A stretch of 63,943 bases of DNA, counting the filler, from Octopus bimaculoides (taxonomy: Eukaryota): assembly GCF_001194135.2 (NCBI RefSeq). It is 4 parts of 4 records of this genome, joined end to end, with 100 filler letters (N's around TTAATTAATTAA, not from the genome) between each part and the next. Parts side by side here need not be neighbours in the genome. Positions count along the whole stretch, not along the records: positions 46,594 to 57,023 come from NW_026338060.1; positions 57,124 to 63,943 come from NC_068985.1; 2 more parts are not named here. One strand, written 5' to 3'. Below the pieces are notes generated by a model, which saw only the letters and a list, made by a program, of their open reading frames with translations, ran no database searches and was not told the origin of the DNA. The position numbers and the translations under genes were made by a program. Positions 50,176 through 63,560 of this stretch are shown one piece after another; the first letter of the stretch is position 1; every line of letters starts with the position of its first letter.

Positions 50176-51015
50176 GCTTTTCCACACATATATATCTATA
50201 TTCATATTTATACACACATACATACATACATACATACAGATAAACATAAATACATAAACACATACACACACGTATACATACATATGTGCATGTGTATGCA
50301 TCTCTTTATATTCATACATTCTCATAAATACACATGTATAACCTTACATATATGCGTATACACATATACACATTTCTATGCATTAACTTATAAATAGATG
50401 CCTATGTATTTTTAGATACAATTATGATGAAAATCATCATCATTTCCTTGTGATTTCCATACTTGCAATTGTTGCATAATATTTGTCATGGCTGATTCTG
50501 TACAGTCAGATGTCCCTTTTTGTTGCCAACCATTACTTGTTTCCTAACACGGTAATATTTCCCCTTGGTAAGCCATCTTTTGCACGGGAGACTGAAAGTG
50601 AAAAGCATTGCTTGTATGACAGTCATGCACCCTTACATCACGTGATGTCATGACAAGAATATACACACAGATACTGACACTAACTCTCATACGCATCTAC
50701 ATGTAGAAACACCCTTGTATAAGTGTATATGTGTTTGCTTGTATATCTTGGCTTTGACATTGTGTGATAGTTGTAAATGACTGCCATTTGCGTACATGCT
50801 GTGTCATTTATTTCCAATATGTAGCATAGAAATGTATGGCCCTAGGGAATATTACCTTTCCGTGAGACAGATGAGGGAAGAGATAATGCAGGGCAGAGGC
50901 CACAGAAAATCTGACTCAACAAATTATTTCCAACTCGTACAAGCACAAAGAATTGGACGTCAGAACGATGATAATGATATACACTTGTATATTACTAAAA
51001 TAAATACACACACTC

Positions 51016-51102
<87 letters not shown>

Positions 51103-51909
51103 GCATACACACTCACATACATTCATACAAATACGTTCATACATTCATGTAGGGGAAAAGCTACAGAAGATGTCTTAACGAATTTTTCTGACTCCACAAA
51201 CAGGCAAAGAAAAATCTAAGTTACAATGATGATAATATACACATATATACTATCGTATGTTATTTGCAGATATACACACACACACACACATAGATATATA
51301 TGTGCATACTTACACCTGTATAGTACGTGTATATGTGTGTGTGTATGTCTGTGTGTATACATACATATACAGACACACAGATAATTGCATGCTCACATGT
51401 ATGCATTTTTATACATAAATACAATTACATACAAATGAGTACATGTCTATAAATGCATACATAGATATCTATGTATGCATGTGTGTGTGCATAAATATAA
51501 ATATATAGCTATATAGATACACAAACATACATAAATATATTCATGCACACACACACACACACACACACATAAACGTACATATACATACACGTATGAAGAT
51601 GTATACATACATATAGATATACATATCCATACACATTCATATACATACTCATATATACATTCTCACATATATACATAGATAAGTATATATGCACATACAT
51701 ATAGTGTATGTAGATATATGTATACATACATATATATCTATCTATATGTGTATATATATATCATTAGCATTTAACGTCTGTTAAATGATGATGATGATAT
51801 ATATATATATATATTCAAGAACATATTCAACAATACAATTATGCATGCATATATATTGTAGGTATATGTGAGTATATATATATATATATATACGTACATA
51901 CATACATAC

Positions 51910-51940
<31 letters not shown>

Positions 51941-52174
51941 CATAGATGTATATCTCAATATGTATGTAAATATATTTATACATATATATATATACACATC
52001 TATTTATATACACAAATATCTATGCATAAATACGCATGTATATACATGCATACTTATATATATGTGAGTGTGTGCATCTTATATATTTGCATCCGTATAT
52101 ATATATATATATATATACATTTATAATTATTTACATATATTATTGAATATATATCTAAAGATATTTAAAAATTT

Positions 52175-52555
52175 TAATTCAGGTCGCGGAGTGTTCAGAA
52201 ACTGGGTTCGTAACCAAGTGGTTTCGGGTTCTGTCCTACAGTATGGCATCTTGGTCATGCTCGTTCTACCATAGCTTCGTGCAGCCCAACGCTTTGCAAC
52301 TTTTTGGCAGACAAAGTGTTTGGGAAACCTGTTGTGTATGCACATATGTGTATATGTGTTTGTATTGCTCCCCCACCGCCGCTTGACAACTGGTGTTGCT
52401 TTGTTTACTTCCCTGTGTATTTGTTGTTTGGTAAATAAGATCAATGTAATAATTGCCAGAATTAAAAAAAAAATTCTAAGGTTGAGTTGTTTAACTAAAC
52501 ACTCAAAAGCTGTGCCCCAGCATGGCCACAATTCGACGCCTGAACCAAGGGAAAG
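52175..52555 (+). mobile_element. SINE family A, degenerate full-length
   Basis: gtggtttcgggttctgtcc...cgcttgacaactggtgttg...gtgccccagcatggccaca. Confidence 0.7.
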
Positions 52556-53235
52556 ACTACATATATATGCGTTTTTCTGTGTGTAGTCACACACAGCCAT
52601 ACATATATACACACGCATCCAATGTATTATTTCCACGCGAACGAAAGTAAATATACACACACAATGTTGCACCGTGTCCGTTGCTGGGTTATCCTCAATC
52701 AGCCCTTATGGCACACAATTAAGGCCATACACGGTTCACGTATGACTACCTTATATGTATTTCAGACATTGTGTACTTCACTGTATTTTGCAGAATATGG
52801 CGAATTAGCTATTACTTTTAGTAAATCGAGTGACCACATAGAGACTTCCTAATTCGATCGAAAATCTGTTAATGATTTTTCTATTTGAGAAGATGATTGT
52901 TTATTCAAAAATGTCATGTGAAATAAAGAGTAGCCTAAGGTAACAATTGATTATTACATAGGTAGGAAACCAGAAAACTGGGAGAGATAGTGGTGTAACT
53001 TGATCGTGTACCGCCCGAGGTAACCCTTGAATTTGTCGTTCCCCACTCGTCAATACAGTCAATACAGGCTTACAAAGCAGACCCGAAACTGCCACCGCCA
53101 TAAAAGCCTCGCCCGGGGAGGACCACACCCTCTCCTCTGTTCTTCCCCTCCAGCTACGTCACTTGGCGGGAAAGGGCTTATTCGATTATGTTGTACTCTG
53201 TACTTGACTAGTTCTTCATATTATTGATTTTGAAA

Positions 53236-54076
53236 CGATAAAGGGCAATGCTGAGCTCGGTGAGATTCGATCTCTGAACGTACAGGACTGTTTCATACAC
53301 CACAATGCATAATATCCGGTACTCTAACGATTCTCAAGCCCACTATCCCCAAAATAATAAAATGTTTTCAAAGTTTGGCACAAAGTTAGCAATTTGGGGC
53401 GAGAGGTAAGTCACTAACACCGAACCTCAGTGCTCAACTGATACTTATTTTGCCGACTCTGAAATTACGACAAGCAAAGTCCTCGGCGGAATTTGAACGT
53501 ACAGACGGACGAACTGCCGCTAAGCATTTTGTTCAGCGTGCTAACGATTCTGCCAGCTCGCCACTTTCCCAATAATAACAGTAGTAATTGTTTCTGAAAA
53601 AGGCATAAAACCAACAATTTCGAGGAGGGCTTCGTTAGTCGATTACGTCGACCCAAGTACTTGACTGGCATTTTATTTGAAGAGACTCCGAAACGATGGA
53701 AAACAAAGTTAACCAGAACGGGATTTGAACACAGAACGCAAAACGTTTGATTGGTTTAAATGTTACACAGCATTTTACCCGATGCTCGAATGACTCTACT
53801 ATTCATTATCCTAATAATAATAATAATAATAATAATATCCATTGCAACAACAATAGTAATATTCATTTCCACTTTTGGTACAAAGCCTGAAATTTGGGGG
53901 ATGTGGTGGGGTAGGCAATTGCATCGACCTCAGTACTTGACTGGTACTTAAGTTTACTGGCTCCGTGGATGAAAGGGGAAGTCGTTTGAACTCAGAACAT
54001 GAAGTCTGAAGAAATGCCACTAAACATTAATGGTCCGTCTTGATGACATTCTGCCAGCCTGTCGTCTTTGATGATG

Positions 54077-54108
<32 letters not shown>

Positions 54109-54850
54109 TATTATTATTATTATTATTATTACAGAGGCAGCTTGGGGAGAAGGGATTAAGTCGATTACATCGGTCCCCAGTGCATAACTGGTACTTATCT
54201 AATCGACCCGGAAACGAAGAAAGGCAAAATCGACCCCGGCGGCATTTGAACTCAGAACGTAAAAACGGACGAACTGCCGCTACTCATTTTACCCAGCATG
54301 CAACCAATTCTGCCAGCTTTCTGCCTAAAATAAGAACAACAAAAACAAATAAATTTTTTTCTACTGTAAACACAAGGCCTGAACTTTAGAGCGAGTGGGG
54401 TTAGTCGATTATATCGGCCCCAGAGAATGGTCATTTTTTCGACCCCAAAAAGACCAAGTTGATCTCAGTGGAACTTGAACTCAGAACGTAGAGCGCTGCA
54501 AGAAATGTCGTTAAGCATTTTGTCCGGCGCGGTAATAATTCTCCAGGCTGGTCACCTTTTTGTTTCCAATACTGGCTCAAGACCAGTGATTTTAGAGGTT
54601 GGGCTAGGGGTATTAGTCGATTATATTAACTCCAGTACTTGACTAGTACTCTATTTTATTGATCTCCAAAGGCTGGAATTTGAACTCAAAGCATAAAGGA
54701 CCAGAACAAATACCGCAAATGATTTTCCAAGACTCTCTAACGATTCCGCCCCTATAATGCTTTCTGGCTTAGGCACACGGCTAACAGTTTTTAGGAAAGT
54801 GGTAGCCACTCACCGAATTGGCTGGTACTGTATATATCGACACCGAAAAA
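53236..54850 (-). mobile_element. Head-to-tail array of about 8 divergent SINE family D copies separated by (AAT)-rich spacers
   Basis: The core (ga)tttgaactcagaacg or variants recurs at about 53270, 53495, 53725, 53990, 54250, 54480 and 54680, all on the same strand, with a partial eighth copy at about 54770-54850. Confidence 0.85.
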
Positions 54851-54909
54851 ATCTTATAGAAACAGTATCTATCTATCTGCCTGTCTGTACACAAACACAA
54901 ACACAAACA

Positions 54910-54941
<32 letters not shown>

Positions 54942-55001
54942 CACGCACACGCACACACACACACACACACACACTGAGTATAATTTTCTTATACACAAGT
55001 A

Positions 55002-55223
55002 CAGCGCTGATTTTCCGGTCACTGATATTCCGGAACCTCTTATAATTCGCACTAATTTACACTTATGTACAAATACCAGTATTTCATTTAATTATTTAAT
55101 TACATTTAATATTAATTTAATCTGTAATGTGTTGACCAAGGTGACCATCTCTGGTTCAGAAACGATCAGAATATCTGGAAAGGCTTTGGAACCAAAGGTA
55201 CCGGAATATCAATGTCGAACCTA
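55002..55223. mobile_element. pogo/Tigger-like MITE, degenerate
   Basis: Inverted repeat cactgatattccggaacct (55020-55038) / aggtaccggaatatcaatg (55196-55214); TACAG left end. Confidence 0.6.
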
Positions 55224-55541
55224 TATTGGGAAACGTGATATTAAAATAGGATGTGATATTCTTAGAAAGTTTGATAAGAGAAACAGTAGAAGCCGGATGT
55301 GCAAAAAAGAGCAACCACATGCCCTATAAGTCAAACACTACAATCCCATGAGCAGGCGGGACAGATTGGATTATGTTGTCCTAGGCCTATCGTTGAGCCC
55401 TCAGCTGATAGAGTCAGCCATAAATGCAACGTTGTGATACATAGCCTGTCATGAGCAGTTTAAACCCGGCGGAGCTCATCCTTCTCTAGCATCGGCACAT
55501 CTGATTTCTTTTTCTCTGTGTGTGTGTGTCTGTGTGTGTGT

Positions 55542-55619
<78 letters not shown>

Positions 55620-57204
55620 GAGGGAGAACGGTACAAGTTATTCTGTCTGAGCCTCCAACGACTCTGTTAAATCACCCACCGTCCTACATACACAATACTT
55701 GACTAAACGACGGAATGGCTGTTGTTGTGATTCCTGTGATTATAGGGCTTGCACGACCAGTGATGACATTGGGGGATGAAATCAACAGCAACAACGTTAA
55801 CAACATAACGGTGTCAACATGGAAATCACTTAGTGGTCGCTCGAGCTGCTAGAAATAGTAGCCAGATCTCCATCATATGACATCGAAACATCTTAAGAAA
55901 GGTCCCATCGAATAGTGTCATCCGGTGTAAACTGATATGGAATGCCTCCCATCCTGATTCGGTTCTAACGAGGTTGATCTAGGACTAAACAACAACGATT
56001 GCAAATCTTATTGTAGTCATTCGATACTAAAATTCTATCAAGTGACAGCATTTTAAACGAGAGACGGTAAATGAGGGAGAGAGAGAGGGGGGGGCGAGAG
56101 AGAGAGAGAGAGAGAGAGGGGGCGAGAGAGAGAGAGAGANNNNNNNNNNGAGAGAGAGAGGGGGGGGCGAGAGAGAGAGAGAGAGAGAGAGGGGGCGAGA
56201 GAGAGAGAGAGAGAGGGGGCGAGAGAGAGAGAGATGACGATGACAACAATAAGCTGATATTTGTGATGATGTATGTATAAGGATATGTACACATACGTCC
56301 GGAGCTGGTCGTTAAATTATCTCAGAGTTGGTAGAACGTACATGCACACACACAGACACACATAAACAACCACACACACACACACACACACATACATACC
56401 AACACACACACAAACATCCATCTATACATACATACATACATACATATTTATGCATACATACATACATACATACATGTTGCCATGTTACAATCGATTACAT
56501 ACATACATTCACATACGTACGCATATACATAAATGCGTACGTATACATAAACGTGCTTATATACATACATAATACATACATACATAGTACATACATACAT
56601 ACATGTTGCCATGTTACTATCGATTATCAAACTCTGTGGGAAAAAGGAAGAATTTATAATGAAAATTAAATTGTTTATATACATTTCCTACTTCCTTAGA
56701 AGCCCTACGAATAAATTTTTTTTCTTAGGCATTTGGCCAATGCTGATGAGACGAGAAGAACAATTGTTGAGAGTAAGGAAAAACCGATTTAATCACATCA
56801 ACATTGAAACTCGTAGTTTTGTTATAGTGATCACGAGAGGGTGAATTATGAATTCTTATACCATCGGAATTTGAAATCGAAACATAAGCGGATGATAGTA
56901 AATGTTTTAAACTACATTGTCGGCAAAATAAAATACCTTAATTATAAGGATACCAATAATTATGTACAAACGCATATACATCAATACACATACACACATG
57001 CTGATACATACATACATACATACNNNNNNNNNNNNNNNNNNNNNNNNNNNNNNNNNNNNNNNNNNNNTTAATTAATTAANNNNNNNNNNNNNNNNNNNNN
57101 NNNNNNNNNNNNNNNNNNNNNNNATCTGTTGGAGTTTCAGCTTTTTTAGCTGCTATTTCTGAACTTCGGTATGTGGTGAAGCAAATGTTTGCTGATCCCT
57201 TAAT

Positions 57205-57248
<44 letters not shown>

Positions 57249-57914
57249 GCATGTAATTAAAACGCTAGACTTTTTGTGTCACACTGATCCTGTTCGAGAT
57301 TTGCATTAAGAGTACAGTTGCCACTGAATACCCGATCTCCAATACATTAATTTCACAATAAGAAATTCAGTTACTCCAACACCGAAGATTCATCGTCGAA
57401 ACCGACGGAGAATTCACCGTTTCCCACTCAAAAGCAACTTTAAGTTTCATTAACCCCATAAACTCTAAACATTGAACTCAGTTATACACTACCATTAATA
57501 AATCCAAAGAAATTGTAACTGCCAGGCTATGACTGCAAGCAGCCAAACTTCCTTAAAATCAATCCCTGATTAACAAAAACAGGAACACAGTGCCCAGGAT
57601 TCTCTCTAACTGTAACTGTCACTCGGTGACAGTGGCATTCTGTCCATCTTTTCGTGGCAGTCAGTATTAGAATATGTAGTCGCTTAACTTGCCAAGCATA
57701 GCAGCCAAACTTTCCTCAAATCATACCCTGCTTGTGTTGAAGTAAAAAAGGAACACGTAAGATAAGGCAGTCCTATTACTCCTAACAACTTAAATACTCT
57801 CCTACCAAATTTTGGGCTCCTGTTTTGTTATCCTAGCCGCCAATTCGAGCTTTCAAACTTTAGGTGTCAGAATCTCTTCAATGTTCCACATACAAAGAAG
57901 CGGTTTCAATAATA

Positions 57915-58445
57915 CGGAATCTGATAACCTCCCCTGTTTGAAGGTTGTAATGGACACAGGTTTTTGTGTCACATAGCTAGCTGGAGGCGTGGCCTCCTGG
58001 AGCTAAACAGCGACAGCATTCGTCCGATTTTTCTGGACTGACATGTTAGCTTGGTGATGATTATTAATAACCAGTACTGCTGCCGTAGTCTCCTTTAGAG
58101 AGATTTAGAAATAATAATATTTCTATTTTTGAAAACCAGTGGACGTGCTCCACTGAATATATATAAACCTTCGAATAGACAGTCAACAGCGACGCCTGCT
58201 GGGTTCGGCTACTCCACATTGATTAGGGGCAAATACTCCGAAACTAGTATGTGGATGTTTGAACCAGCATGGGGAAGCTGATGATCTCCCCTGTTCGAAG
58301 GTTGTAATGGACACAGATTTGTCTGTCACATAGTTAGCTGGAGGTGATGGTCTCTTGCTAATCAACGGCAGCATTGTCCTATTTTTCTGAGCTGCCATGT
58401 TATCTTGTAGTACTGCTCCTTTAGAGAGATTTAGTAATAATACTA
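57915..58445 (+). mobile_element. Partial tandem repeat (period about 357 bp), Penelope pseudo-LTR/retrozyme-like
   Basis: ctcccctgtt.gaaggttgtaatggacacag...gtcacatag.tagctggagg...ctcctttagagagatttag occurs at 57929-58120 and 58286-58445, with a hammerhead fold between the copies. Confidence 0.6.
58213..58255 (+). ncRNA. Minimal type I hammerhead ribozyme fold (mutated core)
   Basis: Stem I TCCACA/TGTGGA (6 bp, perfect), core TTGATTA, stem II GGGG/CTCC, GAAA, C-TA-G palindromic stem III, GUA triplet. Confidence 0.7.
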
Positions 58446-58675
58446 ATAATTATATATATATATATGGTTATGATATTTTGATAATTGGTTGGCAACCGAT
58501 GATGGTTTAAACATGTTTTGTGTTTTTCCATTCTTTTCGTCTTTGCCCGTAAGTTTTTTTTTGTTTTTTGTTGACTCTTTGTGTCAACTTCTTCATTGTA
58601 TATATGTTTGTGTGTGTGCCTTTATTACATGTATGTGTATTCATACAGACATGCTCGTATACCTACACGAGTATT

Positions 58676-58714
<39 letters not shown>

Positions 58715-59332
58715 GTGTTTGTACATATATATTTATATATGTATGTGTGTATATATGTGTACATGTGTGCTATGTTTGTATGTATATAAAGGTGTCTGTG
58801 TTTGTATAGATGTGTCTCTTCTTTGTTTAACATCGCATTTCTGACATAGTTTTATTGTTACTAAAGGGCGAGGTGCAGACGTGTAGTGTTTATAAAAAAA
58901 AAAACAGGGTTGGTTACAGTGACGGTAAGAGTATTAAGAGCGATAGTGGGAGTAGTAGATGTGAGGGAGGACAAGGACTGAGAACGCGAGAGTTGTAAGA
59001 TGGCGGAGTGAGGACAGCGGATGATTGTGATACGAGGTTATAAACGATGCCGATGATTCTTATTGTAGGGCTTTATATTTGTGTAGTGGTGGTAGGGTGG
59101 TGGTGGTAGGGTGGTGGTGATAGGGTGGTGGTGATGGCGGCGGTGGTGGTAATAGTAACATTACCTTTAAGTCTGGAAACATATCATTTGAGAAGTATGA
59201 ATTAATAACTGCATGTCTGCTGTAGGAGGTGTTATTAACTAAATTTATACACACAATTACATACTGGCACGCAGGGGTGTGCACACACACTCTCACTCAC
59301 AACACATATATACGTATATAAGTGTTTGTGCG

Positions 59333-59379
<47 letters not shown>

Positions 59380-59582
59380 CATACATGTATGTGTGTGTCT
59401 TCAACGGTGTACAACTGATAAATTAATAAACTGCTTCGAAATTAGCCCCTAACTATATTAAATCATATAATTATGTTTGTATACATAAATATTAACACAC
59501 ACACACACACACATACACACACATACACACACACTCACTCACACATTAACACGCACTCACACATGTGTTTTATTGTTGTGGC

Positions 59583-59651
<69 letters not shown>

Positions 59652-59717
59652 TTCATATATAATATATATATATGTACTTACATATATGCATACACATAAC
59701 TATACACTCACACTCAC

Positions 59718-59761
<44 letters not shown>

Positions 59762-59968
59762 ACACATATATATACACACACAAAATACATGCATTTGTTT
59801 CTCTAAATGCTTATATTTTGCACTTTAAATAATTAGAATCAGAATGATATAAAAAGTACACGTGAGAGAAAGAAGTTTTTTCTCTCCTTATAAAATGCAC
59901 ATATTTTATGCATAATTATAGTTGCACTTTTTGCTTAGACGCAAACTTGCATTCGCTATTCAACCGTA

Positions 59969-60095
59969 CGAGGGGTTATTGAATAGTTTTTGGCTTTAAG
60001 GGGGTCGCGAAAGGCTTGGCTGGAGGCCCAACCTTCCGAGTTCTTTTTGCAAGGCTTAGAAAAACTGAAGGACCGCTGTAATAAGTCTGTGAATG
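59969..60095 (+). mobile_element. Non-autonomous mariner fragment (left TIR plus transposase C-terminal codons)
   Basis: TA|CGAGGGGTTATTGAATAGTTTTTGGCTTT; GLEKLKDRCNKSVN resembles the mariner C-terminus. Confidence 0.6.
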
Positions 60096-60144
60096 TGAGA
60101 GCTAAAGGTAAGATAAAGTAACCGTCGCTGATCATGCATTCTCA

Positions 60145-60335
60145 AGGGCCGGTTTCTCGGTCTCCATGGCGTATAAATTCCCCACGGTGGACGGGACGCC
60201 GATCCGTCGCAGTATTATTCATTTTTGCCAGCTGAGTGGACTGCAGCAATGTGAAATGAAGTGTTCTGCTCAAGAACACACCGCAACGCCCGGTCCAAGA
60301 ATCGAAACCACAATCTTACGATCATGAGTGAAGCA
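60145..60335 (-). mobile_element. SINE family C
   Basis: ccggtttctcggtctccatggcgtata...ggacgggacgcc...gccagctgagtggact...ccaagaatcgaaaccacaatc. Confidence 0.85.
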
Positions 60336-61354
60336 TACTTATATATATATATAACAATATATTATAAATTAACTACCAACAAAAATAATTGGTAAGCTAA
60401 CTTAAAAAATCATCACCAAAATAGCAGAATAAAACGATTTATTATATATATATATATATATATNNNNNNNNNNNNNNNNNNNNNNNNNNNNNNNNNNNNN
60501 NNNNNNNNNNNNNNNNNNNNNNNNNNNNNNNNNNNNNNNNNNNNNNNNNNNNNNNNNNNNNNNNNNNNNNNNNNNNNNNNNNNNNNNNNNNNNNNNNNNN
60601 NNNNNNNNNNNNNNNNNNNNNNNNNNNNNNNNNNNNNNNNNNNNNNNNNATATAACCGGGTTAATATATATATAAACATTTAAACATTTTAAACATATTC
60701 TATGCCCATAATAAAATTACTAAAAAAAGATTACATTTGTTTAAAAACTTTCTTTCACTTCTTCATCTTTCTAAGTGGGTTTCCAACTACATGTTTTTCA
60801 CTCTCAACATTTATTATATATATGTAAGTATGTGTTTTTGAGCGCATGCGTGTGTGTATGTGTGTGCGTGTGTGTGTGTGTGCGACCAGCTTCTTTCAGT
60901 TCCCATTTCGCAACTCCACTCACAGGGCTTTAGTCGGGCAGGAGGCGGCTGTAGTAGAAGACACTTTGGAGATCAAACTTCTAGAGGACACACCAACCAC
61001 GCCGCAGAACCAGTTTGTAGTGTACTGTTCCCTAGTTGATAGTATCAGCAAATATGCACACAATTCAGCAAGTTCTAGGTCAATTAATGAGCTACTCCGA
61101 GTTTCATGCTTGAAACCTGCACTATTCTGACGGGCTTGTATAGCGTTCTCTGCATGATCTGGCAACTCTTCGGGCTCAAATAAACCTAAATGATTGCCGA
61201 ATTATACACGTTATACAAAATTGTCCGAATGTTAAATGTTCCGAACACGAAACTTGAAGTAGCTCAGAAATAGACCCTGCATTCATTAAATGATATGTAT
61301 ACAAGTTCTGTAGAAGATTCCAGCGGCATTTTATCATTTTCAAGCAAGCATATT

Positions 61355-61498
61355 TGTGTAGTAAGAAGCTTGCTTCCGAACCACATGGTTTCGGGTTCAG
61401 TCTCACTGTGTGGCACCTTGGACAAGTGTCTTCTACTATAGCTTCGAGCCGATCAAAGTCTTGTGAGTTGACAGAACCTGAAAGAATCCCGTCGCGTA

Positions 61499-61500
<2 letters not shown>
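61355..61500 (+). mobile_element. SINE family A head module; another partial at 60885-60968 (minus)
   Basis: gtagtaagaagcttgcttccgaaccacatggtttcgggttcagtc...aagtgtcttctactatagc. Confidence 0.85.
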
Positions 61501-61546
<46 letters not shown>

Positions 61547-62299
61547 GATATATATATATATATAAGGTTGAAAAGGAACACACGAGTTGATATGTATAAG
61601 GAAAATACGACAATGTAGAAAATGCTAAAATAATTTTATCATGAAAAACATTTTAGTACCGGCTTCAGTCATTGAGACTTTTTCAACTTAGAGTAAAGCA
61701 TGAAAAACAATTAAATTGTGAAAAAATTATATGAAATGTTTTCAATGTTTTCAAATGCAAGGGAGATCTTCCTTTTTTTAGAAATATTTTAATAAAACAT
61801 TTCATTTAATTTTTCCTTCATCNNNNNNNNNNNNNNNNNNNNNNNNNNNNNNNNNNNNNNNNNNNNNNNNNNNNNNNNNNNNNNNNNNNNNNNNNNNNNN
61901 NNNNNNNNNNNNNNNNNNNNNNNNNNNNNNNNNNNNNNNNNNNNNNNNNNNNNNNNNNNNNNNNNNNNNNNNNNNNNNNNNNNNNNNNNNNNNNNNNNNN
62001 NNNNNNNNNNNNNNNNNNNNNNNNNNNNNNNNNNNNNNNNNNNNNNNNNNNNNNNNNNNNNNNNNNNNNNNNNNNNNNNNNNNNNNNNNNNNNNNNNNNN
62101 NNNNNGAAATAATATTCAGTCTCAGCTGACTTTATTCTTCCGCCAAGCTTTGCAGAAAACAGTCCCTCACGTTTCTACTTTCTTAGCCTTTGCCAACAGA
62201 GTATATAGTTTTTGACATTATAGTATCTGACACACCGAGAATATCTATTTTAAAAATGGAAAACAAACCCACTTTATATCTTTTTACTGTTTTTTTTTT

Positions 62300-62689
62300 T
62301 ACTTGTTACAGTCATTTGACTGTGGCCATGCTGGAGCACCGCCTTTAGTCGAGCAAATCAACCCAAGGACTTATTCTTTGTAAGCCTAGTACTTATTCTA
62401 TCGGTGTGTTTTGCCGAACCGCTAGTTGACGGGGACGTAAACACACCAGCATCGGTTGTCAAGCGATGTTGGGAAACAAACACAGACACACAAACACACA
62501 CATATATATACACATACATATATAAAACGGGCTTCTTTCAGTTTCCGTCTACCAAATCCACTCACAAGGCTTTGGCTGACCCGAGGTTATAGTAGAAGAC
62601 ACTTGCCCAAGGTGCCACGCAGTGGGACTGAACCCGGAACCATATGGTTGGTAAGCAAGCTACTTACCACACAACCACTCCTGCGCCTA
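62300..62689 (-). mobile_element. SINE family A, best-preserved full-length copy
   Basis: Sense strand: taggcgcaggagtggttgtgtggtaagtagcttgcttaccaacc..ggttccgggttcagtccc (A/B boxes), internal microsatellite, ...ggccacagtcaaatgactgtaacaagtaaaa. Confidence 0.92.
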
Positions 62690-63009
62690 TTCATTAAATA
62701 TGTTTTTAACTCTCTTTCCATAATTAACTTTCATTTTCCAGCACCAATTACTTTCCCTTTACTGCATTTCTCTCTAGCGAACAACTGGCTACTGTGCCAG
62801 CAAAGCCAAAGACGACGCATCTGCTGACGACGGTTAACAATGAAGAAACTTTCAAAGTTATCTCCTTTGCTTATCCACTAAAACTTTTTTCCTAATGACC
62901 ACGTTTATTACATAAATATACAGCTATCATTCTCTATAATTAAATTTTCATTTAATTACACATATGGATATGTTAGTATATATTTATTTATTCGTAATAG
63001 GCGCTGTAT

Positions 63010-63110
63010 TAGTATTTTAGGAATTTGTGTGCGTGAGTGTGTGCGTCTTGTCAGTTTGTTTTTCCGTATGTATGTATGTATGTATGTATGTATGTACGTA
63101 TGTATATATG

Positions 63111-63169
<59 letters not shown>

Positions 63170-63186
63170 ATACTTGTATATATACG

Positions 63187-63223
<37 letters not shown>

Positions 63224-63560
63224 ATATACATTATACATACACAAACACATACACACACACACACACACACCTATACATTATACATATATTTATACATATA
63301 TATTCCTATAGATGTATGCGTGTTTATGTGTATACACACACACACACATACACGCGCGCGCGCGCGCAAACATACATATATGCGTGTATCAGTGCAAGTG
63401 TGGACATGGGTATGTATGTATATGTATATGTGTTGTGTTTGTGTGTGTATCTCTGACTATGTATGTCTGTATGTATATATATGTATGTGTGTATGTATGT
63501 ATGTATGTATGTATGTATGCATGTATGTATGTATGTATGTATGTATGTATGTGAAAGCTC
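63010..63560. repeat. Compound (TG)/(TA)/(CA)/(TATG)n microsatellite; similar tracts at 12850-13320, 19520-19960, 47890-49900, 51250-52130 and 56330-56630
   Basis: Directly visible. Confidence 0.95.

Noticed and set aside
53236-54850. Repeat-spacer appearance suggestive of a CRISPR array
   Set aside because: The units are about 200+ bp diverged SINE copies, the context is eukaryotic, and there are no cas genes.
60920-61165. 81-aa minus-strand ORF with a possible acceptor site upstream
   Set aside because: No recognisable motif, and it runs into a SINE A fragment; insufficient support.
62600-62689. tRNA-like sequences with A/B boxes (also the other SINE heads)
   Set aside because: They continue into SINE bodies and lack a proper cloverleaf, so they are not called as tRNA genes.
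62824-62852. CTGACGA...GAAA hammerhead-like spacing
   Set aside because: Stems II and III cannot pair. The same applies to the CTGATGA hits near 2094, 27663, 36548 and 56742.
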